64,000 nucleotides of DNA, from positions 74,409-138,408 of the forward strand of contig JACPMA010000014.1 of NCBI GenBank assembly GCA_016186205.1, given 5' to 3'. The DNA comes from Candidatus Peregrinibacteria bacterium. GTDB lineage: Bacteria > Patescibacteriota > Gracilibacteria > UBA1369 > UM-FILTER-53-11. Position numbers and translations under genes: made by a program. The notes under the pieces were generated by a model, which saw only the letters and a list, made by a program, of their open reading frames with translations, did not search any database and was not told the origin of the DNA. Positions 1 through 9,900 of the stretch are shown one piece after another; position 1 is the stretch's first letter, and each line of letters begins with the position of its first letter.

Positions 1-497
1 CGGAATCTGCCGGTTTAGTTCCGGCAGGAATTCTCGAATCCTACGGCAAAATTTGCGGAGGCATTTTAAAAGGACTTGCACATCTCGGCTTGAGCGCAAA
101 ATTCGTTCCGCTGAACGATATTGTACTTGAAGTAAACGGCGGGCTCAAAAAAATCTCTGGAAACGCACAGACGAGAAAACAAGGAATCATACTTCAGCAC
201 GGCACGATTTTATTAAAAGTTGATGTGAATAAAATGTTTTCGCTCCTTAAGGTGCCGAATGAAAAATTGAAAGGAAAATTGATTGAAGATGTGAAACAGC
301 GCGTGTCGAGTTTAAGCGCTGCGCTAAATCGAGAAGTAAAATTTGATGAAGCGCTAGGGGTTCTTCAAAAAGGTTTTTCTGAAGAATTTCCTAATATAGA
401 ATTTGTCCCGGGCGAGCTTCTGGAGAGCGAAAAAACGCTTGCAGAGGAGCTCAAAAAGGAGAAATATGGGGCGGAGGCTTGGAATAAAAAAAGATAG
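1..497 (+). CDS. lplA: lipoate-protein ligase A, C-terminal part (5' end outside window)
   Basis: Frame 3 is open from nt 3 to the TAG at 495-497. The GNAQTRKQGIILQHGTILL motif is typical of the LplA/LipM catalytic core. It is followed 14 nt later by lpd. Confidence 0.75.
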   Translation, partial: ESAGLVPAGILESYGKICGGILKGLAHLGLSAKFVPLNDIVLEVNGGLKKISGNAQTRKQGIILQHGTILLKVDVNKMFSLLKVPNEKLKGKLIEDVKQRVSSLSAALNREVKFDEALGVLQKGFSEEFPNIEFVPGELLESEKTLAEELKKEKYGAEAWNKKR

Positions 498-511
498 CCT
501 CCATAAACCAT

Positions 512-1855
512 ATGTCTTTTGACGTTATAATTATCGGCGCCGGTCCGGGCGGCTGCAGGGCGGCGAATGTTCTCGCTTCGGCTGGAAAATCCGTGGCGCT
601 CATTTCGCAAACGCTCGGCGGAGAATGTTTGAATTACGGCTGCATTCCTACAAAAACCTACTTATGGACCACGGAATTATTCGAAAAAATTTCGCAGTCG
701 CAAAATTTCGGACTTAAAACTACGGAAATAAAGCTCGATTGGGAAGCCATGAAACAGCGCCGCAAGCAGGTCGTGGAAAAATTAAAAAAGGGACTAAAAT
801 TCACGCTCGAACGCGCAGGCGTGAAAATTATAGAAGGCACGGGAGCCCTCCAGGATGCCAGTACAATTACAGTGACCCAACCCTCAACCCTCAACCAGGA
901 GCCCTCAACCCTCTCCGCATCTCATATTATTCTCGCCACAGGTTCTTGGGCTGTCTCGCCGAAAGGCTTTGAGACTGGAGGAAAAATCGTCAGCAGCCGC
1001 GAAATTCTCGATCTGCCTCAAGTACCGCAAAAGCTCCTTATTATAGGCGGCGGCGCAATCGGCGTTGAATTCGCTTCTATTTTCAGCACCCTCGGAAGCC
1101 AAGTAACGATTGCGGAAATGGCCGATCGGCTGATTCCAAACGAAGATCCGGATGTCAGCGCGGAACTCGCGCGGCTTTTTGCGCGCAAAAACATCATCAT
1201 CAAAACAAAAACGCTTATTACGCCCGAACAAATTACCGATTATGACTGCGTGCTTGTTGCAGTCGGCAGAAAACCCGTAACGCAAGGCCTTGGTTTGGAA
1301 CGCTCCGGAATTCGAACAGGCGAACACGGCGTTATTGAAACGAATGATTTTTTCCAAACCAGCGCTCCTGCAATATTCGCCATCGGCGATCTTGCCGGAA
1401 AAGCGCTGCTTGCCTACAGCGCCGAACGCGAAGCGGATATTGCAGCGGCTTTCATCCTCGGCAAAAAACCGAAACCGCTCCTCTACTCCACGGTTCCAAA
1501 TACTATTTTTTCCTCGCCGGAAATTGCTTCAATCGGACTCACCGAACCGGCTGCGCGCCAAAAAGGCATGGATATTATTATAGGAAAAGCGCCCTACAGC
1601 GCCAATGCAAAAGCGCTCATTGTGGACAGCCGCGACGGATTCGCAAAAATCATCGCTGAAAAATCTTCACACAAAATTCTCGGCATTCATATTATAGGCG
1701 AAAAAGCCACGGAACTTATTGCAGAAGCATCGCTCGCGATTACGTATAAACTCACTCTTGAAGATTTCGCGGAAAACATCCACAGCCATCCTATTCTTGG
1801 TGAAATCTTAAAGGACGCATGCGAAGCGGCTCTTTTTTATGTCAGAGGGGCTTGA
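512..1855 (+). CDS. lpd: dihydrolipoyl dehydrogenase (E3)
   Basis: 447 aa. FAD-binding IIGAGPGG, redox-active disulfide CLNYGC followed by IPTK, and C-terminal HSHPILGE His-Glu dyad. Confidence 0.9.
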   Translation: MSFDVIIIGAGPGGCRAANVLASAGKSVALISQTLGGECLNYGCIPTKTYLWTTELFEKISQSQNFGLKTTEIKLDWEAMKQRRKQVVEKLKKGLKFTLERAGVKIIEGTGALQDASTITVTQPSTLNQEPSTLSASHIILATGSWAVSPKGFETGGKIVSSREILDLPQVPQKLLIIGGGAIGVEFASIFSTLGSQVTIAEMADRLIPNEDPDVSAELARLFARKNIIIKTKTLITPEQITDYDCVLVAVGRKPVTQGLGLERSGIRTGEHGVIETNDFFQTSAPAIFAIGDLAGKALLAYSAEREADIAAAFILGKKPKPLLYSTVPNTIFSSPEIASIGLTEPAARQKGMDIIIGKAPYSANAKALIVDSRDGFAKIIAEKSSHKILGIHIIGEKATELIAEASLAITYKLTLEDFAENIHSHPILGEILKDACEAALFYVRGA

Positions 1856-1872
1856 TTTCGCATCCAACAGAT

Positions 1873-1907
1873 AGTATGCTATATTAGTAATACTATTTAA
1901 GCATACT
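1873..1907. promoter_or_regulatory. 35-bp imperfect palindrome (AGTATGCT..TAGTA A TACTA..AGCATACT), candidate operator of the toxin-antitoxin operon
   Basis: AGTATGCT (1873-1880) and AGCATACT (1900-1907) are reverse complements. A nested TAGTAATACTA palindrome lies between them. The site ends 2 nt before the antitoxin ATG at 1910. Confidence 0.45.
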
Positions 1908-1909
1908 GT

Positions 1910-2143
1910 ATGAAAACATTAAAAACTGTAAAACGCCGGATATCAATAACTATTCTTCCGATTATCGACGATTCTCTCGCAAAGTTAAGCGAACAGGAAG
2001 ACGTAAGTAAAAGCGCCTTGGTGGAAAAAGCAATCAGGGAATTTTTACAAAATAAGCTGGATGAAGATACTAAAACGCTATCTCAAATTAAGTTTGACGA
2101 TCTTCCTTCGGAGGATGAATGGCTCACTGTGCAATCCGTTTAG
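1910..2143 (+). CDS. ribbon-helix-helix (CopG/MazE-like) antitoxin
   Basis: 77 aa. The N-terminal RRISITILPIIDDSLAKLSEQEDVSKSALVEKAIREFL looks like a beta-strand plus two helices (RHH pattern). It lies directly upstream of a MazF/PemK gene. Confidence 0.65.
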   Translation: MKTLKTVKRRISITILPIIDDSLAKLSEQEDVSKSALVEKAIREFLQNKLDEDTKTLSQIKFDDLPSEDEWLTVQSV

Positions 2144-2178
2144 GACCTGTGCACAGACCATCATTTTTCTTGCCTCTC

Positions 2179-2517
2179 ATGAAACTTATACTGCAGGGTG
2201 ATATATATTTAGCTGATTTAAATCCGGTAAAAGGGCACGAACAAGCGGGATTCCGTCCAGTACTTGTATTGCAAAACAACACGCTCAACAAAAATCTCAA
2301 CACGGTTATAATCGCCCCGTTAACGACAAATCTCAAAGCCAAAGGGTATCTCACTACTTATTTTCTTGATAAAAAAACATCCCATCTTCCGCAAGACAGC
2401 ATAGTTTTACTCTATCAAATAAGGACAATTGACAAAGAACGCTTGAAAAAGAAAGTGTCGCAGCTGCATCATGATATTTTCCATAACATAAAGGAGCAAG
2501 CGCTGTTTGTATTTTAG
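2179..2517 (+). CDS. mazF: MazF/PemK-family mRNA interferase toxin
   Basis: The interior ATG at 2179 gives a 112-aa product, MKLILQGDIYLADLNPVKGHEQAGFRPVLVLQNN..., a canonical PemK N-terminus. The longer ORF-track start at 2119 would overlap the antitoxin. Confidence 0.85.
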   Translation: MKLILQGDIYLADLNPVKGHEQAGFRPVLVLQNNTLNKNLNTVIIAPLTTNLKAKGYLTTYFLDKKTSHLPQDSIVLLYQIRTIDKERLKKKVSQLHHDIFHNIKEQALFVF

Positions 2518-2602
2518 GGACTGCACAGCCTCTTTACAAAACTAAGTAAAATATGCTAAAATAGAAGAACAAAATCAAAAATAAAACATAAACAAATATT
2601 TT

Positions 2603-4714
2603 ATGAAAAAACTTCTTGTTGTGGTCGGCATTCTTGTCGTTGCACTGACGCTCTCTTCTCCTATTTCATATACGCTCGGTGCACCACTTTCTCTGCAACC
2701 TGAACTCATAGCTCCAACGGCAGAGAAAGAAGAAGACGATGAAGACGAAGATGGCACAGATTGTTCTGAAGAAGAATGCCCGGAAGAAGAAGTTTGCGAA
2801 AAAGATATATGGAAATGCGACACGTGGACAGCATGTTCGGCTGACGGCGTACAGAAAAGAACTTGCAAGCTGTTAGACGATTGTCCGGATGTAACAACAC
2901 CACAACCTACAACAAGCCAAAAATGCGAGGCGGCAAAACCGACAGTTCCATCCATTATCGACGATGGAAAAAAGACAACGGAAGATAAAAAAGATGCGGA
3001 GGCGAAAAAATTAGAAGAAGAAAAGGCGGCAGCGCTTAAGAAAGCTTCGGAATTAAAACTTATTGAGGAGGCGAAAAAGAAAGCGGATTCGCAAGTTCAA
3101 AAAGATGAAGAGGCTAAAAAATTAGAAGCGCAAAAAGCAGCGGCCATCAAGAAAGCCTTACTGGAAGAAGAGGCACAGAAGAAAGCGCTCGAAGCGGAAA
3201 AGTCTAAGGCCGAAGCTGCTGCACAAAAAGCCGCTGAAGAAGAAAAAGAAAAACAGCGGCTCATTGAGGAAGCGCAGAAAAAAGCGGATGAAGAATTAAA
3301 ACTCGCACAGGAAGAACTTTTTAGAAAACAGGCCGAGGAAGAAGCGCGCAGAAAAGCAGAAGAAGAGTTGGCCGCAAAAATTCGAGAGGAAGCAGAAAGG
3401 AAAAAAGTTCTTGAGGCTGCCGTACAAGCAACGCCTGTTTTTGAAGAGATATTTGTCGCGCCGCCCGTATCGGTGGCTCCGCTCATTGAAGATTTCAACA
3501 ACAACGGCATTCCTGATAATTTTGAAGTAATGCCGAAAAAAGTTGATGAAGAACTTATAAAATTCCAAGCCGACCTAAAAGTGCAAGAACAAAAACTCGT
3601 CACAGAACAAGGACAAAGGCCGGAAGAAGCTCGCGACTTTGTTACGAAAGTTTTCAAAAAGAAAAAGGCGGAGAATAAAGTGAGCGCCATTCGCGAAGCA
3701 AGTAAGAAAAAAGGCGTTGAAATTAAAAATTCAAAACAAGGCGTTGAAAAATGGGGTACTTCCGATGAGGTGGCGGTTTTGCTGGGCATAAATCCGCGGG
3801 AAGTCGTTTCGCCAAAAGCTGCCATTCTGCCTGTGGAGAAAAAACTTTTGCGCATAAAAGATACGGCAGCGCTTGAGAAAAAATGCTCAATGAGCATTGC
3901 GAATGGAGATAAGCTGCCTACAGCTGGATTTACAATTCTTGCCGCGTGTCCGAAAAATAAATCATTCAATCTAGTGGCTGTCGACAGAGCAGGAAAACAA
4001 ACAAAGATTGAAACAAAACCGGCGTCGGAAAATGGGAAACTTGTTTATGTCGTGAATAAAAAATTATTCTACGCAGGCGATTTTGTACTTCAATTGCAAG
4101 AAGAAAAAACTCATCCGCTCGGATTTCTGCCTTCATCATGGTTTACAAGCGCCTTGAATAGCGAAAGCGATCAACCGATTCAATCCGATCCGGTGCTTGT
4201 GAAAGTTGTTGAAGATATCGACATTCCGCAGCCTGTGGTACAAAGCATCGAAGGAATCGACGTAGCAGATCTGCGCGACATAAAAATTTCAGCGACTGCT
4301 GATGGAAAAGTGCGCGTAACAGGCCTTTCTGACATATCAACAATGGTCATCGGCACATTCTCCAGCGCGGTTTTCACTTCCGCCATTCTGGCCGATGTGG
4401 AAAGCGGTTCATTTGAAGTTGTTTCTCCGCGGCCGCTTGAAACCGGCGATCACGAAGTGGTCATTTACGCCACCAAGCCGGAGGAATCCGAGCAGAGTCC
4501 GCCGGTAAAATTGCGATTCAGCATTATTCAAACCGCAAACGCAGCATCAGCCGGAAGCGAAGAGACAAAAAGACCGGTTGCAATAGCGCCGATCCGCGGA
4601 GATGGCGAGACTAAAAAATTCCCGATGGCGCCCGTACTCGCATTCGCAGGACTCGGCATACTTTTCATCGGAATCGGACTTTATCTCAAGAAGAATAAAA
4701 AAGCCGGCGCTTAG
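2603..4714 (+). CDS. secreted, C-terminally anchored coiled-coil surface protein (hypothetical)
   Basis: 703 aa. Signal peptide MKKLLVVVGILVVALTLSS, acidic Cys/Trp module, ~300-aa K/E/A-rich coiled coil, and a C-terminal hydrophobic helix followed by KKNKK. Confidence 0.7.
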   Translation: MKKLLVVVGILVVALTLSSPISYTLGAPLSLQPELIAPTAEKEEDDEDEDGTDCSEEECPEEEVCEKDIWKCDTWTACSADGVQKRTCKLLDDCPDVTTPQPTTSQKCEAAKPTVPSIIDDGKKTTEDKKDAEAKKLEEEKAAALKKASELKLIEEAKKKADSQVQKDEEAKKLEAQKAAAIKKALLEEEAQKKALEAEKSKAEAAAQKAAEEEKEKQRLIEEAQKKADEELKLAQEELFRKQAEEEARRKAEEELAAKIREEAERKKVLEAAVQATPVFEEIFVAPPVSVAPLIEDFNNNGIPDNFEVMPKKVDEELIKFQADLKVQEQKLVTEQGQRPEEARDFVTKVFKKKKAENKVSAIREASKKKGVEIKNSKQGVEKWGTSDEVAVLLGINPREVVSPKAAILPVEKKLLRIKDTAALEKKCSMSIANGDKLPTAGFTILAACPKNKSFNLVAVDRAGKQTKIETKPASENGKLVYVVNKKLFYAGDFVLQLQEEKTHPLGFLPSSWFTSALNSESDQPIQSDPVLVKVVEDIDIPQPVVQSIEGIDVADLRDIKISATADGKVRVTGLSDISTMVIGTFSSAVFTSAILADVESGSFEVVSPRPLETGDHEVVIYATKPEESEQSPPVKLRFSIIQTANAASAGSEETKRPVAIAPIRGDGETKKFPMAPVLAFAGLGILFIGIGLYLKKNKKAGA

Positions 4715-4734
4715 GTTCCATAACCTATAGGCTC

Positions 4735-5226
4735 CTAAAGTTTTTTACACATATCGATATTGCGATCTGCATACGCGTGTTTTTTGTAAAATTCGTACGC
4801 GCGCACATTTGTCGCAAATGTACCCAATTCCGCCGTCTTGCATCCTTGCTTACGAAAGAATCCTTCCATGCTGCGCAAAAGCAATGACCCGATTCCTTCT
4901 CCTCGAAAGGAAGGATCGACAAATAACTCGATAATTCTTCCGTCTCTAAATGGAAAAAGATCTATTAAGTCGATTTTTGTAGACTCTTTAATAATACCGA
5001 CGACGCATCCAGCCGATTTTCCGTTTCCTTCCGCAATAAAAATCGCGCCTTTATATTTTTTAATCTTTTTTAAGATGAGGTCTACCCATCGCTCCACGCT
5101 GAATTGAGAAACAGGACGCGTTTTTTTTAAAGCATCTATGGAAGCAATATGCCGCTGCATTCCGTTCATGCAATCCACAAGAAATGCTCGATCGCTTGTG
5201 CGATACCGCCTAATCGTAATTTTCAT
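4735..5226 (-). CDS. GNAT-family N-acetyltransferase
   Basis: 163 aa. Acetyl-CoA-binding motif FVDPSFRGEGIGSLLL. It lies 6 nt downstream of the ATP-grasp gene on the same strand. Confidence 0.8.
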   Translation of the reverse strand: MKITIRRYRTSDRAFLVDCMNGMQRHIASIDALKKTRPVSQFSVERWVDLILKKIKKYKGAIFIAEGNGKSAGCVVGIIKESTKIDLIDLFPFRDGRIIELFVDPSFRGEGIGSLLLRSMEGFFRKQGCKTAELGTFATNVRAYEFYKKHAYADRNIDMCKKL

Positions 5227-5232
5227 AATGGA

Positions 5233-6618
5233 TTATGACAAAAGAGGAACGGATACTTTTGCGAGAACGCCGCGCGCTTCAGGCAAAGGCGCGATATTTG
5301 GCAAAGTAAGCTCAAGCGCCGTAGCGCCCATGATGCGGTCTATAATACGACGCGCTTCTTTATAAGAAGAGCCTTCTGCAATAACCCACCCGAGCGTTTC
5401 GTAACCGTCCGGAGGGACAAGGATAGCATCGTTTATTGTTTTCCCGATGTAAAAATCAACCACTCCCGCATGCCGCTTTAAATCTCCAAATCCATTCATT
5501 TTTGCGATAATGCCTGAAACTTTTGGAATAAAAAATTTGGCCAAAATATATTTCTGCGGCGGCAACGGTATTTCGGTTACCTTGATTCCCAAAGCTATTT
5601 CACAGGCTGCGCGGATCAAATCAAATCCATACACTTGTTTTACATTTTGATAGATGTAAACTCCGCCCATGCGGGAAGCGACTTCGATAATTTGCGGACC
5701 GTTTTTTGTTAATTTAATTTCAACGTGCGCAAGACTATTTTCAACTCCAAGCGCGCACACGGCGGCTTTTACCTCTTCTTCCAGCTGTTGTCTCTGAAAA
5801 TCAGAAAGCCGCGCCGGGCAATAATCCCCGGTTTCCATAAAAAACGGCAATTCCATGCCGGTTTTTTCATTAATGCCAGCAACGTGAGGGATGCCGTTTT
5901 GCACATAACATTCCACGCTAAACTCCGGTCCTCGAACAAATTTCTGGTAAACAAATTTTCCTTTATTGTAATAATAAATCGGATCAAAGGCCTCCGTGCA
6001 ATTTTCACGGACATATTGATATCCTGCGCGCGCCTCCGTCTCATTTGCGACGTAAACGACAAATTGACTGTCTGAACCAAACTTGGGTTTTATAACTGCA
6101 GGAAACCCTACGGATCTCATAGCCTCATCAAGATCATTCTCATTCTCAAGCAGACGCTGCGGAATAAAAGGACGGCCATTATCGCACAAAACTTCATGCA
6201 TATGGAATTTACTCCGCGTATGCAAAGCCGCGGCGGTACTGTTTCCGCAGTAATGAAATTCCTCGCATATTTTTGCAACAAGCGGAATATCATCTTCCCA
6301 AAAAGTCGTCACTCCTTCAATTCTAACGTTCGAATTTCTTAGCAAAAATCTTTTCACTTGCTCCACGCATTCTCGATGATTATAAGTATCCGCAAGAATC
6401 CAATGGTCAACAAAAGGTTGCGCCCAATTTTTTTCGCAATGCAGTACGACTATTGTTAACCCAAGTTCTTTTAAGCGCTCAAAAATAAACCGTTTGTTCG
6501 GGGAACCGGTGTTTACGAGAAGAATGGTTTTTCCTTGTAGATTGAACTTGCCTATAGTATCAGGCGGAGGCTCTTCTATATCGATGTCGAAATGCTTCAT
6601 AAAAACAATTTCATCCAT
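5233..6618 (-). CDS. ATP-grasp domain protein (carboxylate-amine/L-amino-acid-ligase-like)
   Basis: 461 aa. FPAVIKPKFGSDSQFV, EFSVECYV and HVEIKLTKNGPQIIEVASRMGG match the ATP-grasp nucleotide and Mg sites. Confidence 0.8.
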   Translation of the reverse strand: MDEIVFMKHFDIDIEEPPPDTIGKFNLQGKTILLVNTGSPNKRFIFERLKELGLTIVVLHCEKNWAQPFVDHWILADTYNHRECVEQVKRFLLRNSNVRIEGVTTFWEDDIPLVAKICEEFHYCGNSTAAALHTRSKFHMHEVLCDNGRPFIPQRLLENENDLDEAMRSVGFPAVIKPKFGSDSQFVVYVANETEARAGYQYVRENCTEAFDPIYYYNKGKFVYQKFVRGPEFSVECYVQNGIPHVAGINEKTGMELPFFMETGDYCPARLSDFQRQQLEEEVKAAVCALGVENSLAHVEIKLTKNGPQIIEVASRMGGVYIYQNVKQVYGFDLIRAACEIALGIKVTEIPLPPQKYILAKFFIPKVSGIIAKMNGFGDLKRHAGVVDFYIGKTINDAILVPPDGYETLGWVIAEGSSYKEARRIIDRIMGATALELTLPNIAPLPEARGVLAKVSVPLLS

Positions 6619-6848
6619 TCAAGTACTTATAAAACAAAAAAACAAGACTCAAGATGCATGTCTTGACATAAAATTTACGAAAGTCAATATAACTAAGCGC
6701 CGAGCGTGCAGTTTGTTGCCAATTTATGACAAGAAGAGTTTTTCTTATACTGATGGCAAATACATACTTTTTCGCAAAATTTGTTAAATTAACTTGAACA
6801 GATTGAACCTAATGTAGCAACCGGATTTTGGTATAGACACATTGTGAA

Positions 6849-6864
6849 CCACAATATATAGGGG
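6849..6864. promoter_or_regulatory. NrdR box 1
   Basis: CCACAATATATAGGGG matches the 16-bp NrdR consensus acaCwAtATaTwGtgt at about 12 of 16 positions by eye. Its centre is 32 bp from box 2. Confidence 0.6.
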
Positions 6865-6880
6865 TAAATTTCATGTTTGG

Positions 6881-6896
6881 ACACAACCTATTGTGT
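6881..6896. promoter_or_regulatory. NrdR box 2
   Basis: ACACAACCTATTGTGT has perfect ACACAA/TTGTGT palindromic arms. It ends 26 nt upstream of the nrdJ ATG. Confidence 0.65.
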
Positions 6897-6922
6897 TTTT
6901 GGCTTTTTAATCCCCTTTTTCA

Positions 6923-9900
6923 ATGGCAACCAAAATAAACTCCGGCAAATCCGGTAAAAAAGGTCTTTCAATAACCCGTCGTTTTACAAAAAAAGGCGCT
7001 GATCCGCTCAAAACTACTCAATATGAACTGCGCACCTCACGCATCACAAATCCTGATGGCTCCGTTGTGTTTGAGATGAAAAATGTCGAAATTCCGGCTT
7101 CTTGGACGCAAGTTGCCACAGACATTCTCGCGCAAAAATATTTCCGCAAAAAAGGCGTGCCGGATGAAAAAGGCGGTCGGGGCGGAAGCGAATGGTCTGC
7201 AAAACAAGTGATGACGCGGCTCGCCGGAACATGGAGATATTGGGGTGAAAAATACGGATATTTTGCCTCAAAAGAAGATGCGCAGGCTTTTGAAGATGAA
7301 ATGAAATACATGCTCATTCATCAAATGGGAGCGCCGAATTCCCCGCAATGGTTTAACACGGGATTGGCATGGGCGTATGGAATTACCGGCGAAGCTCAAG
7401 GACATTATTACGTGGATCCGGACGACGGCGAAATAAAAAAATCTAGCGATGCATATACGCATCCGCAACCCCATGCATGTTTTATACAAAGCATAAAAGA
7501 CGATCTCGTGAATGAAGGCGGAATTTTTGATTTGATGACGCGTGAAGCGCGTTTATTTAAGTATGGATCCGGAACCGGTTCAAACTTTTCGCAAATCCGC
7601 GGCAAGAGCGAAAATCTCTCCGGCGGCGGAAAATCTTCCGGATTAATGAGTTTTCTTGCAACAATAGATCGTGCAGCCGGCGCTATTAAATCAGGCGGAA
7701 CAACGCGGCGGGCCGCAAAAATGGTCTGCCTCGATATTAATCATCCGGAAGTTGAAGATTTTATAAATTGGAAAGTCATCGAGGAACAGAAAGTCGCTGC
7801 GCTACATGCAGGCTCATACATTTGCTATGAACATTTAAGGCGAATTCTCACATGCGCTCATGAAAAAGGTATTGATCCGGCGCAAAATCCGGAGCTCAAA
7901 AAACTTATCCGGGCTGCGCACGAAGCGCATATTCCACTCAATTACATAAAACGCGTCCTGATGCTTGCGTCTCAAGGCGTGCAGCCGGAGGATTTTGATT
8001 TTCGGACATACGACACCGACTTTCGTTCTGAAGCATATCTCACGGTTTCAGGCCAAAATTCGAATAATTCCCTGCGCATTACGAATGATTTTCTTAAAGC
8101 GGTGGAAAATGACAAACCGTGGAACCTAATGAATCGCGTGGATAAAAAAATCTCGAAGACCGTTTCGGCAAAAAAATTATGGGACACTATTTCTTATGCG
8201 GCGTGGGCTTGCGCGGATCCAGGTATTCAATTCGACACAACTTTTAATGAATGGCATACATGTCCGGAAGATGGCCGTATTAACGCAACAAACCCATGCA
8301 GCGAGTATGCCTTCCTCGATGACACAGCGTGCAATTTGGCTTCCATTAATCTTTCAAAATTCTATGATCCGAAAACATCGCTGCTCGACACGGAAGCCTT
8401 GAAACACGCGAGCCGGTTGTGGACCATCGTCTTAGAAATATCCGTTTTGATGGCGCAATTCCCTTCAAAAGAAATCGCGCAGAAATCATATGAATTCCGG
8501 ACGCTCGGTTTGGGATATGCGAATCTCGGAACCATCCTAATGCAAATGGGAATTCCGTATTCAAGCGAGGAAGCGTATGCGATTTGCGGCGCGGTAACGG
8601 CTATTCTCTGCGGCCAGTCCTATGCGACTTCCGCTGAACTCGCAAAAGTTCTCGGTCCTTTTTCAAAATACGCGCGCAATAAAAAATCTATGCTCCGCGT
8701 AATCAAAAATCACCGCCGCGCGGCGTATAATGCGGCGAAAAAAGAATATGAAGGACTAACTGCAATTCCCCACGGCATTCAGGAAAAATACGCTCCGGCA
8801 TACCTCTTAAAAACGGCAAAAGGGTGCTGGGATGAAGCTTTAAATTTGGGCGAAAAATACGGATACAGAAACGCGCAAGTCACGGTCATCGCGCCTACTG
8901 GAACCATCGGGCTTGTGATGGATTGCGACACCACCGGCATTGAACCTGATTTTGCGCTCGTGAAATTCAAAAAACTTGTTGGCGGAGGCTATATGAAAAT
9001 CGTCAATCAATCGGTTAATAAAACGCTCAAAGCGCTTGACTATACGGACGCGCAAATTGAAGACATTGAAAATTATATGAAAGGCCGCGGCACGCTTGAG
9101 GGATGTCCTCACATAAATGAAAAATCACTTCGCGAACACGGATTTACTGAAAAAGAAATTCTTGCAATTGAAACGCAACTCGCATCGATTTTTGATCTCC
9201 GCTTTGCGTTTAATCGTTTTGTTCTTGGAGATGAATTTTGCCGCAACATACTTGGATTTACCGATGAAATCCTGGCGGATCCGAAACTCGATATTCTCCA
9301 ACTCCTTGGATTTACGCCTGAGCAAATTGAAGCGGCAAATGAATATATTTGCGGCACCATGGCTATTGAAGGCGCACCGCATCTCAAAGAAATCCACTAT
9401 CCGATTTTTGATTGTGCGAACCGCTGCGGAAAAAAAGGGAAACGGTTTATTCCTTGGGAAGCGCATCTTCGCATGATGGCTGCAGCGCAACCGTTTATCA
9501 CCGGCGCCATAAGCAAAACCATAAATATGCCGGAAGATTCCACGCTCGAAGATGTGAAAAAAGCATATTGGCTAAGTTGGGAATATATGCTTAAAGCCGT
9601 GGCTCTTTACCGTGACGGAAGCAAACTTTCCCAACCGCTTAATACTTCAGCATCGGATCCAACGTATGCGGCTCTATTTAGTTTTGATGAAGAGGCGAGC
9701 GACAGCGAGCCTTTTATAAATCAAGCGGCGGTTCAGAAAGCGATAGAAGCGCAGGCCGCTGCGCGTCCGATCCGCCGGAAACTGCCTGCTGAACGCCATT
9801 CCATTACCCATAAATTCGTTGTGGCAAATCATGAAGGCTATCTCACTATCGGACTCTATGACGAAGGCGCGCCCGGAGAAATTTTCATCAAAATGAGCAA

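Noticed and set aside
3097-3969. A 290-aa antisense ORF opposite the coiled-coil region of the 2603-4714 gene.
   Set aside because: It is a Ser/Ala/Phe-rich mirror of a GAA/AAA/GCN-rich sense strand, which is a typical antisense artefact of K/E/A repeats.
6619-6922. A B12 riboswitch upstream of nrdJ.
   Set aside because: No B12-box-like sequence was found. The region is AT-rich and instead carries NrdR-type palindromes. B12 riboswitches normally repress B12-independent RNRs, not nrdJ.
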